Notes: generated by a model not told the origin, from the sequence alone. 32,000 nt of DNA from an uncultured Clostridia bacterium (GCA_937886445.1 CALGBY010000052.1:10762-42761), one strand, 5' to 3'; positions 18,041 through 26,410 are shown, counted from the first letter of the stretch. Program-made: numbers and translations.

Positions 18041-19003
18041 TCAGTACCGTCTGTTATTCTCTGTTTCCGGGTAATAGCAGTTCATCCCGCAGCCCTCCGG
18101 AAACACCTTTTCCTTCATCAGGCGGATATACTCTTCCTCACTGCCGGCTTGCTCCAGCAAGCGAAGCGCCTCTTTTGAAGCGGAAATATCTCTCAGCATG
18201 CTATGGGCAAAGCTGCCGCGCCCCACCAGCTTCAGATGGGTCACACCGGCCTCCCGCAGCCGGTACAGCGCGCAAAGTCCGCAGCCTGTGGCGCCCGGCA
18301 CATCCTTTTCCGCCCTTTCCGGAAGCTCCGTGCCGTCAAGCGTACACGCCAGCCGGCAGGTATAAGGCAAAAGATCCGCGTGAAGAGAATTGCAGTAGGC
18401 GCCGGTAAAGCGACAATTTTCATTCATCAGAAATACTTCATACTCCATCGCCGCGTACGGATGATGTTCCCGGTCGCGCCTGATCACCAGCGCCGTATCC
18501 TCCGTGCTCACACCGCGGCGAAAGATCACCCTTTCCGCACCCAGACGGCGCGCCTGTTCAAGCACCGCGCTGTTGATCTCCCCCATTTCTCCGCTCAGGA
18601 TCACGCGCGCCCTGTTCAGTACGCGGTCATTCCTTCTTCTTTCCGCAAGCTCCGTCAGCAGACCGAGATCCGCGATGATGAAACGGTCAAAGCCGTATTC
18701 CATGCAGGTATACATCAAACGGAACACATCCTCCGTCTGGCGCGGCGCGTAGGAAGGCGCGTTGAGTGTGACTGCCGCGGAAAGACCGGTATGCTTTATC
18801 ATGTCCCGCAGGATCTCCATATCACTTTCAGAGCCGATCTGCGCGTTCGCGTAGTGTACCTCCCTGCGGTCCGGCAACGCGAGTTCGGAATACCTGCGGT
18901 ACCATTCCCCCGGTACATACCCGAAAAACACCTCATCCGCGCCATGCGCGGCGTAGGCGGCAAGGGCGTCGATACTGCCTATCCCGGCGGTGAGCTTCAT
19001 CAT
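18041..19003 (-). CDS. Peptidase-U32-family protein (possibly Fe-S dependent, not necessarily a protease)
   Basis: The N-terminal barrel start reads LTAGIGSIDALAAYAAHGADEVFFG. A U32 signature-like EVFLMNENCRFTGAYC is present. The C-terminal half is Cys-rich (CRLAC, GCGLCAL, GCGMNC). The ATG at 19003 has GGAGGAG 8 nt upstream, so the ORF-track start at 19051 is rejected. Confidence 0.8.
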   Translation of the reverse strand: MMKLTAGIGSIDALAAYAAHGADEVFFGYVPGEWYRRYSELALPDRREVHYANAQIGSESDMEILRDMIKHTGLSAAVTLNAPSYAPRQTEDVFRLMYTCMEYGFDRFIIADLGLLTELAERRRNDRVLNRARVILSGEMGEINSAVLEQARRLGAERVIFRRGVSTEDTALVIRRDREHHPYAAMEYEVFLMNENCRFTGAYCNSLHADLLPYTCRLACTLDGTELPERAEKDVPGATGCGLCALYRLREAGVTHLKLVGRGSFAHSMLRDISASKEALRLLEQAGSEEEYIRLMKEKVFPEGCGMNCYYPETENNRRY

Positions 19004-19020
19004 TTTCCTGTCTCCTCCCG

Positions 19021-20244
19021 TCAGATATGCAATATCACCCGGCTTGCCCATGAAAGCTCTTCACCGCGGGCAATGCCGAAAAGGGAATTGAAGCGGTTCA
19101 GGCAGCCGGTTTCAGGCGCGTAGGCAAAAGCATGTTCCCCGCAAAAGCCCGGGCACATCCCATCGGATATCGCACCCTCAAACGCCCTTCTCAGCGGGCA
19201 GACGAGCGCCGTGTTCATCCTGAAGAAGGGCGCGTGCGCCTCCGCCGGAAACCCTTCCGGCGTGACAGGACACAGTCCGTCCGTTTCATAGGAAAGAGCG
19301 GATACCCCCAGAGCCTTCAGATACCGCCCCGCGGCCGGCATGTTCAGCATATTTTCTTTTTCGGGCGCGGCACGCATAAAGCCCATCCGTGTATCCGCTT
19401 TGCGCTTATTCATCAGGGTACCGAGGATCAGCCGCATTCCCGGCGGAGGCATTTCACCCAGCCGTGCCGCGGTACCGATATCATTGGCGACCACCGCGCA
19501 CTCTCCGTTCACGGCATCCGGGATACATACCCGCCGCACCGTTTCCAGCGTGCTCTCCAGCACGCTTTCGCCAAGCGGCGGCAGCACAATAACAGGCAAC
19601 ATCCCCAGCTCCCTTGCTTTACTGAGCAGGCAGCGCATCTCATCCTCCCCGGGAAGCAGGGAAACACAGTATTCGTTTCCGATATAGAGGCAGCCGATCC
19701 TTCCCGCCGCCTTATCAAAAAGCTCCGCATCCGTAAAGCGCTCTTTGAAATACGAAAGGAACGCGCCCCATTCGCTGTCAAGAAACACCCGGCGGGCGGC
19801 ACGCGTTTCAAGCGCGAGCGCGAACCCGGCATCCGCGGATACCCAGAACCCTTCCGTCCGCTCCGGCCTGTTTTCCGCAGTATCCCGGCAGAACACGCGG
19901 GTGATCTCATCCTCTTCTCCGGCCTGCTTCAGCCGCGTAAAGCGGGCGTATTCCTCCTGAAACGCGGCGATCTCCCCGCTCTTTTTTTCCAGCTCCAGCC
20001 GGTACACGGTAAAGAACGGTGTTGTTTCCTCCGCCGATACCGTAAAACGCGACAGCAGAACATCCGTGTACGCCTGCTTTGAAAAGCTGTACAGGGAAAG
20101 CAGCGCGTGTTCACTGCAGGGGCATTCCCCCTTCAGCCGGAAGGTAAAGCCCAGCGCGGAAAGATCCAGCACGCGGTACTCCTTTGTGCAGGCACTGCCG
20201 TCCGCGTCCGCGAACACGAAACGCGCCATTCCGAACGGTATCAT
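19021..20244 (-). CDS. Hypothetical protein: N-terminal beta-rich (PilZ-like?) domain plus a diverged U32-like barrel
   Basis: The 407-aa ORF has a GGGGGAG RBS. Residues ~180-300 resemble a U32-type barrel (CLYIGNEYCVSLLP, LPVIVLPPLG, VVANDIGTAARL, LILGTLMN). The C-terminal Cys cluster is VCPL...GMCPGFC...TGC. The N-terminal ~90 aa contain DLSALGFTF. The stop is 17 nt before the next gene. Confidence 0.7.
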   Translation of the reverse strand: MIPFGMARFVFADADGSACTKEYRVLDLSALGFTFRLKGECPCSEHALLSLYSFSKQAYTDVLLSRFTVSAEETTPFFTVYRLELEKKSGEIAAFQEEYARFTRLKQAGEEDEITRVFCRDTAENRPERTEGFWVSADAGFALALETRAARRVFLDSEWGAFLSYFKERFTDAELFDKAAGRIGCLYIGNEYCVSLLPGEDEMRCLLSKARELGMLPVIVLPPLGESVLESTLETVRRVCIPDAVNGECAVVANDIGTAARLGEMPPPGMRLILGTLMNKRKADTRMGFMRAAPEKENMLNMPAAGRYLKALGVSALSYETDGLCPVTPEGFPAEAHAPFFRMNTALVCPLRRAFEGAISDGMCPGFCGEHAFAYAPETGCLNRFNSLFGIARGEELSWASRVILHI

Positions 20245-20303
20245 CCGCTCTCCCCCTTCCGGCTGAGCTTATGCCATAATGACATTGGGAGTACATAAAG
20301 GAC

Positions 20304-20326
20304 GACGCCGGGTCAGTCCCGGCGTC
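20304..20326 (-). terminator. Possible terminator hairpin after the acyltransferase-like gene
   Basis: GACGCCGGG-tcagt-CCCGGCGTC forms a 9-bp perfect stem 11 nt after the stop at 20338. The minus-strand tail GTCCTTTATG is only weakly U-rich. Confidence 0.45.
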
Positions 20327-20337
20327 CGGACACAGGA

Positions 20338-21231
20338 TCAGTCATATTCAAAGCCGCTCGGTTCGCTGAAGGGCCTGTCCATCAGTTCGGGATGAGAAAA
20401 CAGATACTGGATCAGCTTCAGGCTGCGCGCGAAGTAGAAGCCGTCCGCGATGCGCTCATCCAGTGTGACAGCCATATCCACCATATCGCGCAGCACCTTG
20501 GTGCCGTCCTTCTGCAGCACCTCCGCCTTATGGATGGTACCGATGGTAGCCACCACGCTGGTGGAGCCGTAGTTGTTCAGGTGATGATAAACGGCAGGGC
20601 ACTTGATGCTGCCCAGATTGCTCAGCAGTACGGAGGCATAATTGCTGTCCCCGCGGGTGACGGCCTGCAGGTTCTTTCCCCAGAAATCCAGCTTGCGCAG
20701 GAACCAGCACATGAACATCAGGATGGGACGGGGCACCTTTGAAAGATGCTCAAGCAGCTTATCCACACCGCCGGTCGCCGTGGCGCTCTTTCTTGTTTCC
20801 TGCAGATCTCCGTAGATCCTGTGGCTCAGCTCGTCCAGCGTTTCATTCTCCTTCGGGACGAACATCATGAAGGCCTCCTCGGCGCCGTCTACAAAGCGGC
20901 GCTTGGCCATAAAGGCCAGGGAGATCTCGTTATGCTCATAGGCGCGCCTGCCCTGAATGAAGCGGTTCATCTTGGGGCGCTCGTTCACCATTTTCGCCAC
21001 GGCAAAAACGATGCAGTGGAAAATGGTGGTCTTGTAGTTATCGTGCTGCTGATTCTTTTTTTCAATGTAGCGCAGCAACTCGGTCACATCAAAATCCTGC
21101 TGCAGGCACACCTCCGCGTCCGTGCGGTTGGGCATCACATAGGGCATCAGCACATTGAGGCCGGTCACATCCGTTACACGGCGCGCGTCTCTCCGGTCTC
21201 CCCATTTTCTCTTCCTCTTTTTTTCTTCCAT
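20338..21231 (-). CDS. 2-oxoacid-dehydrogenase E2 / chloramphenicol-acetyltransferase-fold acyltransferase-like protein (no lipoyl domain)
   Basis: The C-terminal motif VTLDERIADGFYFARSLKLIQYLFSHPELM aligns with the E2 catalytic motif DHRxxDG, but the His position reads Glu. The N-terminus is basic (KRKRKWGDRRDARRV). The ATG at 21231 has GGAG 10 nt upstream, and that RBS sits inside the end of the XRE gene. Confidence 0.78.
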   Translation of the reverse strand: MEEKKRKRKWGDRRDARRVTDVTGLNVLMPYVMPNRTDAEVCLQQDFDVTELLRYIEKKNQQHDNYKTTIFHCIVFAVAKMVNERPKMNRFIQGRRAYEHNEISLAFMAKRRFVDGAEEAFMMFVPKENETLDELSHRIYGDLQETRKSATATGGVDKLLEHLSKVPRPILMFMCWFLRKLDFWGKNLQAVTRGDSNYASVLLSNLGSIKCPAVYHHLNNYGSTSVVATIGTIHKAEVLQKDGTKVLRDMVDMAVTLDERIADGFYFARSLKLIQYLFSHPELMDRPFSEPSGFEYD

Positions 21232-21236
21232 TCTGT

Positions 21237-21584
21237 TCACACTCCGTTCGCGGCTGAGCCGCATTTTTCACTGTTCGCGCGATACATTTTCCGCTCCTTC
21301 ACACGGTGCAGGCTGAAACGCGGGCGGTGTTTCTTTCGTGCCAGATGCTCCTGCGCCTTCTTCTCGCGTTCCGTATAGCTTTCATCCGGGATGAACTCCA
21401 GAATATCATCCGGACGGCAGTTCAGCACCCGGCAGATATGCTCCACGCTTTCAAGCGATACATACCGGTCGTTTTTGATACGGGTCATGATATTGGCGCT
21501 GAAGCCCGCCCGTATTCTGAGCTGGGCATTGGACATATTCAGTTCCACCAGCCGGTGAAACAGCTTCTTATAACTTACCGACAT
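21237..21584 (-). CDS. XRE/Cro-C1-family helix-turn-helix transcriptional regulator
   Basis: The HTH region reads MSNAQLRIRAGFSANIMTRIKNDRYVSLESVEHICRVLNCRPDDILEF. The ATG at 21584 has AAGGAGG 6 nt upstream. The stop lies 5 nt before the next start. Confidence 0.85.
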   Translation of the reverse strand: MSVSYKKLFHRLVELNMSNAQLRIRAGFSANIMTRIKNDRYVSLESVEHICRVLNCRPDDILEFIPDESYTEREKKAQEHLARKKHRPRFSLHRVKERKMYRANSEKCGSAANGV

Positions 21585-21608
21585 CGTTTTCCTCCTTCGG
21601 AGCACGGC

Positions 21609-21639
21609 ATATTATTTCACTTTTTCGTGAATTTTTCAA
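21609..21639 (-). promoter_or_regulatory. Candidate promoter of the XRE/acyltransferase-like operon
   Basis: On the minus strand: TTGAAA (21639-21634), a 17-18 nt spacer, then an AATAAT/ATAATA -10. The spacer contains the small palindrome TCAC-N6-GTGA (21617-21630). Confidence 0.4.
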
Positions 21640-21746
21640 TATTTAAAGGAAGCTTGCGCCCGGTCGGAATGTATTTTTGCTGTATTCATGCTTTACCGGC
21701 GAAGCGGAGCCGTCAGAAAGCAGTTTTGACAGCCGGGATCACCGCG

Positions 21747-21786
21747 ATCTGTTCCGGTTGCAAAAGGGGAACAGATGTGCTATTAT
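21747..21786 (+). promoter_or_regulatory. uvrA promoter with overlapping operator-like palindrome / degenerate LexA box
   Basis: TTGCAA (21758-21763), a 17-nt spacer, then TATTAT (21781-21786). The 9-bp inverted repeat ATCTGTTCC (21747-21755) / GGAACAGAT (21768-21776) flanks the -35. GAAC-AGAT-GTGC (21769-21780) in the spacer matches GAAC-N4-GTTC with one core mismatch. Confidence 0.55.
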
Positions 21787-21833
21787 AGCGGTATCCCCAT
21801 GTGGATAAGCAAGGCGGATATACGGAGGAAGCT

Positions 21834-24671
21834 ATGGATAACTGCATTACCGTGCGCAGAGCGCGTGAACATAACCTGAAAAATGTATCGCTTGAGATCC
21901 CGCGGGACCGGCTGGTGGTGTTTACCGGCCTTTCCGGCAGCGGCAAAAGCAGCCTCGCCTTTGATACCATCTACGCCGAGGGGCAGCGCCGCTATGTGGA
22001 AAGCATGAGCGCGTACGCCAGGCAGTTTCTGGGACAGATGGATAAGCCGGATGTAGATCTGATCGAAGGGCTTTCTCCCGCCGTATCCATCGACCAGAAG
22101 ACCACGGCACGCAATCCCCGCTCCACTGTGGGCACTGTAACGGAGATCTTTGATTTTCTTCGTCTTCTTTACGCGCGTACCGGTGTGCCTCACTGCCCCG
22201 AATGCGGGCGGGAGATCCGTCAGCAGACGGTGGATGAAATGGTGGACGCGCTGATGAAACTGCCCGAGGGCACAAAGCTGATGCTGCTTTCCCCCGTGGT
22301 ACGCTCCAGAAAGGGCGAATATACAAAGCTGCTGGAGGACGCGCTCAAGAGCGGCTTTGTACGCGCGAGGATCGACGGCGAGGTGTACGAGCTGGATGAC
22401 ACGCCTGTTCTGGATAAGCAGATCCGCCACAGGATCGAGCTGGTGGTGGACAGGATCGCCGTACGTGAAGGCGCGGAGCAGCGGCTTGCGGACAGCCTGG
22501 AGACCGCGATGAAAAAGAGCGGCGGTCTGGTCACGGCGGTCATCATACCGGACGGAACCGAAATGACCTTCTCGCAGAATTACGCCTGTCCCGAATGCGG
22601 CATCAATATCGAGGCGCTGGAGCCTCGTATGTTTTCCTTCAACAATCCCTACGGCGCCTGCCCCAAGTGCGGCGGTCTGGGAACGGTGATGAAGATCAGC
22701 CCGGATCTGGTGGTACCCGATGCCTCCCTTTCACTCAACGAGGGCGCCGTCAACGCGGTGGGCTGGAACACACGGGAAAGCGGCAGCGGAGCCGGTATGA
22801 TTCTGGAAGCGCTGGCAAAGCATTACGGCTTCAGCATGGATACGCCGTTCAGTGATCTGGCAGACAGCGTAAAAAACATCATCCTCTACGGCAGCGGAGA
22901 GGAAAAGATCGCCGTCACCTATGACGGTGCCGGCGGGAAAAGAGCCTATTCCGTCTGCTTTGAAGGTGTGATCCCCTCCATGGAGCGCCGCTATACCGAA
23001 ACACAGAGTGATACGATGCGCGGCGTGTATGAGGAATACATGAGCAGCGAACCCTGCCCTGTTTGCCGCGGAAAACGCCTGAAAAAAGAAAGCCTGGCCG
23101 TTACGGTGGGCGGCCTCAACATTATAGATGTATGTGAAAAGAACATCGCCGCCTCAAGAAGCTTCTTTTCCTCTCTCAGTCTGGGCGAGAATGCCGGTAT
23201 CATCGCGGCGCCCATTCTGCGCGAGGTGGAGGCGCGGCTGAAATTCCTGTGCGATGTAGGGCTGGATTACCTCACCCTCGCGCGTCCCGCCGCCACGCTT
23301 TCGGGCGGAGAAGCACAGCGCATCCGTCTGGCCACCCAGATCGGAAGCGGCCTGCGCGGCGTGCTGTATGTGCTGGACGAGCCGTCCATCGGCCTGCATC
23401 AGCGGGATAACGCCCGTTTGATCACCACCATGAAGCATCTGAGAGACCTGGGCAACACGCTGATCGTAGTAGAGCACGATGAAGAGACGCTGCGCAGCGC
23501 GGACTGGCTGGTGGATATCGGGCCCGGCGCGGGCGTACACGGCGGCGAGATCGTGGCGCAGGGCACGGTGGAGGATCTGATCCGGGAGCCCCGCAGCATC
23601 ACAGGGCAGTATCTGAGCGGCAGAAAGCGGATCGAGATCCCCCGAAAACGCCGCGAGCCCACAGGATGGATCACAGTCTACGGCGCGAGAGAACACAACC
23701 TCAAGGATATCAGCGTATCCTTCCCGCTGGGCGTGTTCTGCGCGGTCACAGGCGTATCCGGCAGCGGCAAAAGCAGTCTGGTAAACAGCATCCTTTCCTC
23801 TTCGCTCGCCCACATCCTGAACCGTGCCCGTTACCGTAAAGCGGATTTTGACCGGATCGAAGGCACGGAGCAGCTGGACAAGATCATCACCATCGATCAG
23901 AGCCCCATCGGCCGCTCCCCGCGCAGCAATCCCGCCACCTATACCGGCCTTTTCGATCAGATACGAAAAATATTCGCCGCGACCCCCGACGCGAAGGTGC
24001 GCGGCTATAAGGAAAACCGCTTCTCCTTCAATGTCAAGGGCGGGCGCTGCGAGGCCTGTCAGGGAGACGGCCTGATCCGCATCGAAATGAATTTCATGGC
24101 GGACCTGTATGTACCCTGTGAGGTATGCCGCGGCAAGCGCTATAACCGCGAAACACTGGAGGTGAAGTACAAGGGCTATAACATCTCCGATGTACTGGAT
24201 ATGACCGTGGAACAGGCGATGGATGTATTCAGCGCTTACCCTGCCATTTTCACCCGTCTCAAAACGCTGTGGGATGTAGGCCTGGGCTACATGAAGCTGG
24301 GCCAGCCCAGCACAACGCTGTCCGGCGGAGAGGCACAGCGTATCAAGCTGGCCACGGAGCTTTCGCGGCGCGCCACGGGACGCACACTGCTGCTGCTGGA
24401 TGAGCCCACTACAGGCCTGCATACCGATGATGTGAACCGCCTGCTCAACATCCTGCAGCGGCTGACCGACAAGGGCAACACCGTGCTGGTGATCGAGCAT
24501 AATCTGGATGTGATCAAACAGGCAGACTGGCTGATCGATCTGGGGCCCGAGGGCGGCGAAAAGGGCGGCACGCTGGTGGCTCAGGGCACCCCGGAGCAGG
24601 TAGCCGAAGCGGAGGGCAGCTACACCGGCCGGTACCTGAAGCCGATCCTTTCGGAAAACCAGCCTGATTGA
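21834..24671 (+). CDS. uvrA: Excinuclease ABC subunit A
   Basis: The protein is 945 aa with two ABC ATPase modules ([26 protein letters not shown]; signatures LSGGEAQR twice). Zinc-finger Cys pairs are [13 protein letters not shown] and CEACQGDG...CEVCRGKRY. The ATG at 21834 after GGAGGAAGCT is preferred to the GTG at 21801. Confidence 0.97.
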   Translation: MDNCITVRRAREHNLKNVSLEIPRDRLVVFTGLSGSGKSSLAFDTIYAEGQRRYVESMSAYARQFLGQMDKPDVDLIEGLSPAVSIDQKTTARNPRSTVGTVTEIFDFLRLLYARTGVPHCPECGREIRQQTVDEMVDALMKLPEGTKLMLLSPVVRSRKGEYTKLLEDALKSGFVRARIDGEVYELDDTPVLDKQIRHRIELVVDRIAVREGAEQRLADSLETAMKKSGGLVTAVIIPDGTEMTFSQNYACPECGINIEALEPRMFSFNNPYGACPKCGGLGTVMKISPDLVVPDASLSLNEGAVNAVGWNTRESGSGAGMILEALAKHYGFSMDTPFSDLADSVKNIILYGSGEEKIAVTYDGAGGKRAYSVCFEGVIPSMERRYTETQSDTMRGVYEEYMSSEPCPVCRGKRLKKESLAVTVGGLNIIDVCEKNIAASRSFFSSLSLGENAGIIAAPILREVEARLKFLCDVGLDYLTLARPAATLSGGEAQRIRLATQIGSGLRGVLYVLDEPSIGLHQRDNARLITTMKHLRDLGNTLIVVEHDEETLRSADWLVDIGPGAGVHGGEIVAQGTVEDLIREPRSITGQYLSGRKRIEIPRKRREPTGWITVYGAREHNLKDISVSFPLGVFCAVTGVSGSGKSSLVNSILSSSLAHILNRARYRKADFDRIEGTEQLDKIITIDQSPIGRSPRSNPATYTGLFDQIRKIFAATPDAKVRGYKENRFSFNVKGGRCEACQGDGLIRIEMNFMADLYVPCEVCRGKRYNRETLEVKYKGYNISDVLDMTVEQAMDVFSAYPAIFTRLKTLWDVGLGYMKLGQPSTTLSGGEAQRIKLATELSRRATGRTLLLLDEPTTGLHTDDVNRLLNILQRLTDKGNTVLVIEHNLDVIKQADWLIDLGPEGGEKGGTLVAQGTPEQVAEAEGSYTGRYLKPILSENQPD

Positions 24672-24735
24672 CAGGAGGAGCAAAGCAGAGCGCTCCGGCT
24701 TTGCAACTGTTAATACAAGCGAAATAAAATAATGC

Positions 24736-24764
24736 TTGCATTTTGATTTTACCTGTGCTATATT
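24736..24764 (+). promoter_or_regulatory. Sigma-A promoter of rpmB
   Basis: TTGCAT (24736-24741), a 17-nt spacer ending in TGC, then TATATT (24759-24764). Confidence 0.65.
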
Positions 24765-24840
24765 ATTTAGGCTGTCCTCTATGGATATGTTCCGCGGCAG
24801 ACGCCGCGTGATGCCAGTAAACCCCCGGGAGGTAATTACA

Positions 24841-25065
24841 ATGGGCAAGTTTTGTGAAGTATGCGGTAAGGGTCTGATGAGCGGCCACAATGTGAGCCAC
24901 TCCAACCGCAAAACCAGCCATTTCTGGGCTCCCAATGTCCAGAGAGTTCACATCATGGTTGACGGCCGTCCCCTGAAGGTGAACGTTTGCACCCGTTGCC
25001 TGCGCAGCGGATATGTGCAGCGCGCTGTTGCGATGCCCGTGAACGAAGCTGCTGAAGAAGCCTGA
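24841..25065 (+). CDS. rpmB: 50S ribosomal protein L28
   Basis: The sequence is MGKFCEVCGKGLMSGHNVSHSNRKTSHFWAPNVQRV...VCTRCLRSG. A GGGAGG RBS lies 8 nt upstream. The 74-aa protein has a short acidic/Ala tail (AMPVNEAAEEA). Confidence 0.95.
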   Translation: MGKFCEVCGKGLMSGHNVSHSNRKTSHFWAPNVQRVHIMVDGRPLKVNVCTRCLRSGYVQRAVAMPVNEAAEEA

Positions 25066-25081
25066 GTTTCACTGACCGCGT

Positions 25082-25117
25082 AAAAAGCCGTTCCTTGTAT
25101 ACGGGAACGGCTTTTTT
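25082..25117. terminator. Bidirectional intrinsic terminator (rpmB and the convergent minus-strand genes)
   Basis: The sequence is AAAAA-GCCGTTCC-ttgtatacg-GGAACGGC-TTTTTT, so a run of A or T flanks the stem on both strands. Confidence 0.8.
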
Positions 25118-25212
25118 GCATACTTATGGCCCGCCCTCCGGAAGAGGCACCGATGGATTGTTGTGAATGGTCCGTACATCTTTTCAAGCCTGTACAATGA
25201 TCACGGCGGATC

Positions 25213-25734
25213 TCACTGCATTTTATGCGCTGCCGTCTCCAGCGCCTGAACACTTCCGGCATACAGCGCGTAGGAGCATTCCGTATCCGAAAAGTACAAC
25301 ACAGCTCCGTTCTCCCCTTCGCACAGCACGCCCTCTGTGCCGCGCACATAAAGCTTTTTTCCGTAATCGACATTCATACCGTTTTCCGCAAGCACATAAG
25401 CTGCTCCGGCGGGCCTTACCGCCTTCAGGCTTATGCCGTCCGTATACAGTACATCAGCCCTGCACAGAGCACTTCCGTTTTTCTCTTCCCCGTAAACGTG
25501 TATCGATTCGATCCCGCTTCCGGGCAGGAAAGGCAGCTCCGCCCCGAAGGCGGCAGCGGCGGCCGAGGAAGATGTGCCTGCATATTCCCTGACGCTCTGT
25601 ACCTCCGCAAGCCGTCCCGGCAGCTCCGCACGCCCGAACAAAAGCACCGCCGCGCACCAGAAGAGCGCGCAGAGCAGCAGCACTCCCAGCGCCGCCGCCA
25701 GCAGCCTTACCGCCTTTTTTGATTTTTCGTGCAT
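25213..25734 (-). CDS. Hypothetical single-pass membrane/secreted protein
   Basis: The 173-aa ORF has an N-terminal anchor (AVRLLAAALGVLLLCALFWCAAVLLF) followed by a soluble domain. A GGAG-type RBS lies ~11 nt upstream. The opposite-strand ORF is Arg-rich and looks non-coding. Confidence 0.6.
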   Translation of the reverse strand: MHEKSKKAVRLLAAALGVLLLCALFWCAAVLLFGRAELPGRLAEVQSVREYAGTSSSAAAAAFGAELPFLPGSGIESIHVYGEEKNGSALCRADVLYTDGISLKAVRPAGAAYVLAENGMNVDYGKKLYVRGTEGVLCEGENGAVLYFSDTECSYALYAGSVQALETAAHKMQ

Positions 25735-26000
25735 TTTGATCTCTTCTCCGTTTCATGATCTCCATGCTGCCGTTTCGCGTATTCATTCCCGGCTGTACAG
25801 GAAACCAGCGCGATCAGCATGCACAGCAGGCCCTCTCCCGCGTAGCCCGGATATACGGGGCTGAGAAGCAGGCACAGCCCGGCGGGAAAAAACACAAGCA
25901 GCACATGCCATCCCGCTTTTCCGCAGAAAAACGGCAGCACAAGAGAAAAAAGCATCACAAGATACGGCATTGCAAGATAAAGCAATACCGGCCCGTTCAT
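25707..26000 (-). CDS. Hypothetical small integral membrane protein
   Basis: The protein has three hydrophobic segments (PVLLYLAMPYLVMLFSLVLPFF, WHVLLVFFPAGLCLLLSPV, LLCMLIALVSC) and a basic tail. It overlaps the next gene by 28 nt. No convincing RBS precedes the ATG at 26000 or the TTG at 26012. Confidence 0.4.
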   Translation of the reverse strand: MNGPVLLYLAMPYLVMLFSLVLPFFCGKAGWHVLLVFFPAGLCLLLSPVYPGYAGEGLLCMLIALVSCTAGNEYAKRQHGDHETEKRSKCTKNQKRR

Positions 26001-26282
26001 ACTGTGCAGCAAAGCACCCAGCAGATGCGGAAGAAGTGAAGCCGCAAGGAGCAGGACGAACGGAAGGCTTTTCCGTTTTTTCCGGCGCGGCGCGTTTTCG
26101 GTGCTTCCCGTTTTTCTCCCTCCCTCCGTTTACCGCTACAGTGTACCATAAAACCGCATATGTTACAACAAACCGGCAAAGGCGTTCCGCGCACAGAATG
26201 TAAATCTTTGTTTACCGGGCAAATACCGTTCGCCGCGGCAGCAGGTACATGTAAAGATTCTGTAAATAAACAGGCCGCGCTG

Positions 26283-26313
26283 TTGACACGGATACCGCAG
26301 AACCGCCTATAAT
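26283..26313 (+). promoter_or_regulatory. Candidate promoter of the beta-helix protein gene
   Basis: TTGACA (26283-26288), then TATAAT (26308-26313). The 19-nt spacer is long, which lowers confidence. About 95 nt of leader contain the hairpin GGCAGGC...GCCTGCC. Confidence 0.4.
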
Positions 26314-26410
26314 AGGATAGGTACGGTATGTTCCGGCGGGCAGGCCGGAAACCTGTGTACAGCCTGCCGGTAAACAGCCGTTGATACTTCATGCGAAGAG
26401 GCACGCACAA

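Noticed and set aside
18203-20082. Plus-strand ORFs of 306 aa and 316 aa opposite the U32 and U32-like genes.
   Set aside because: Both are Arg/Pro/His-rich antisense frames without motifs. The minus-strand genes have RBSs and operon-like spacing.
23154-24935. A 593-aa ORF antisense to the 3' half of uvrA that extends over the rpmB promoter.
   Set aside because: This is the same shadow-ORF effect. uvrA and rpmB are firmly identified on the plus strand, and the antisense frame has no recognisable domain or translation signals.
2619-26410. The N-terminal extensions implied by the ORF-track starts at 2669, 3679, 7216, 14526, 19051, 21264, 21605, 21801, 24736, 26012 and 26381.
   Set aside because: In each case an internal ATG a short way downstream has a properly spaced GGAGG-type RBS, or an ATGA stop/start overlap. 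That internal start yields the N-terminus expected for the family, whereas the longer forms start at GTG or TTG or overlap the upstream gene.
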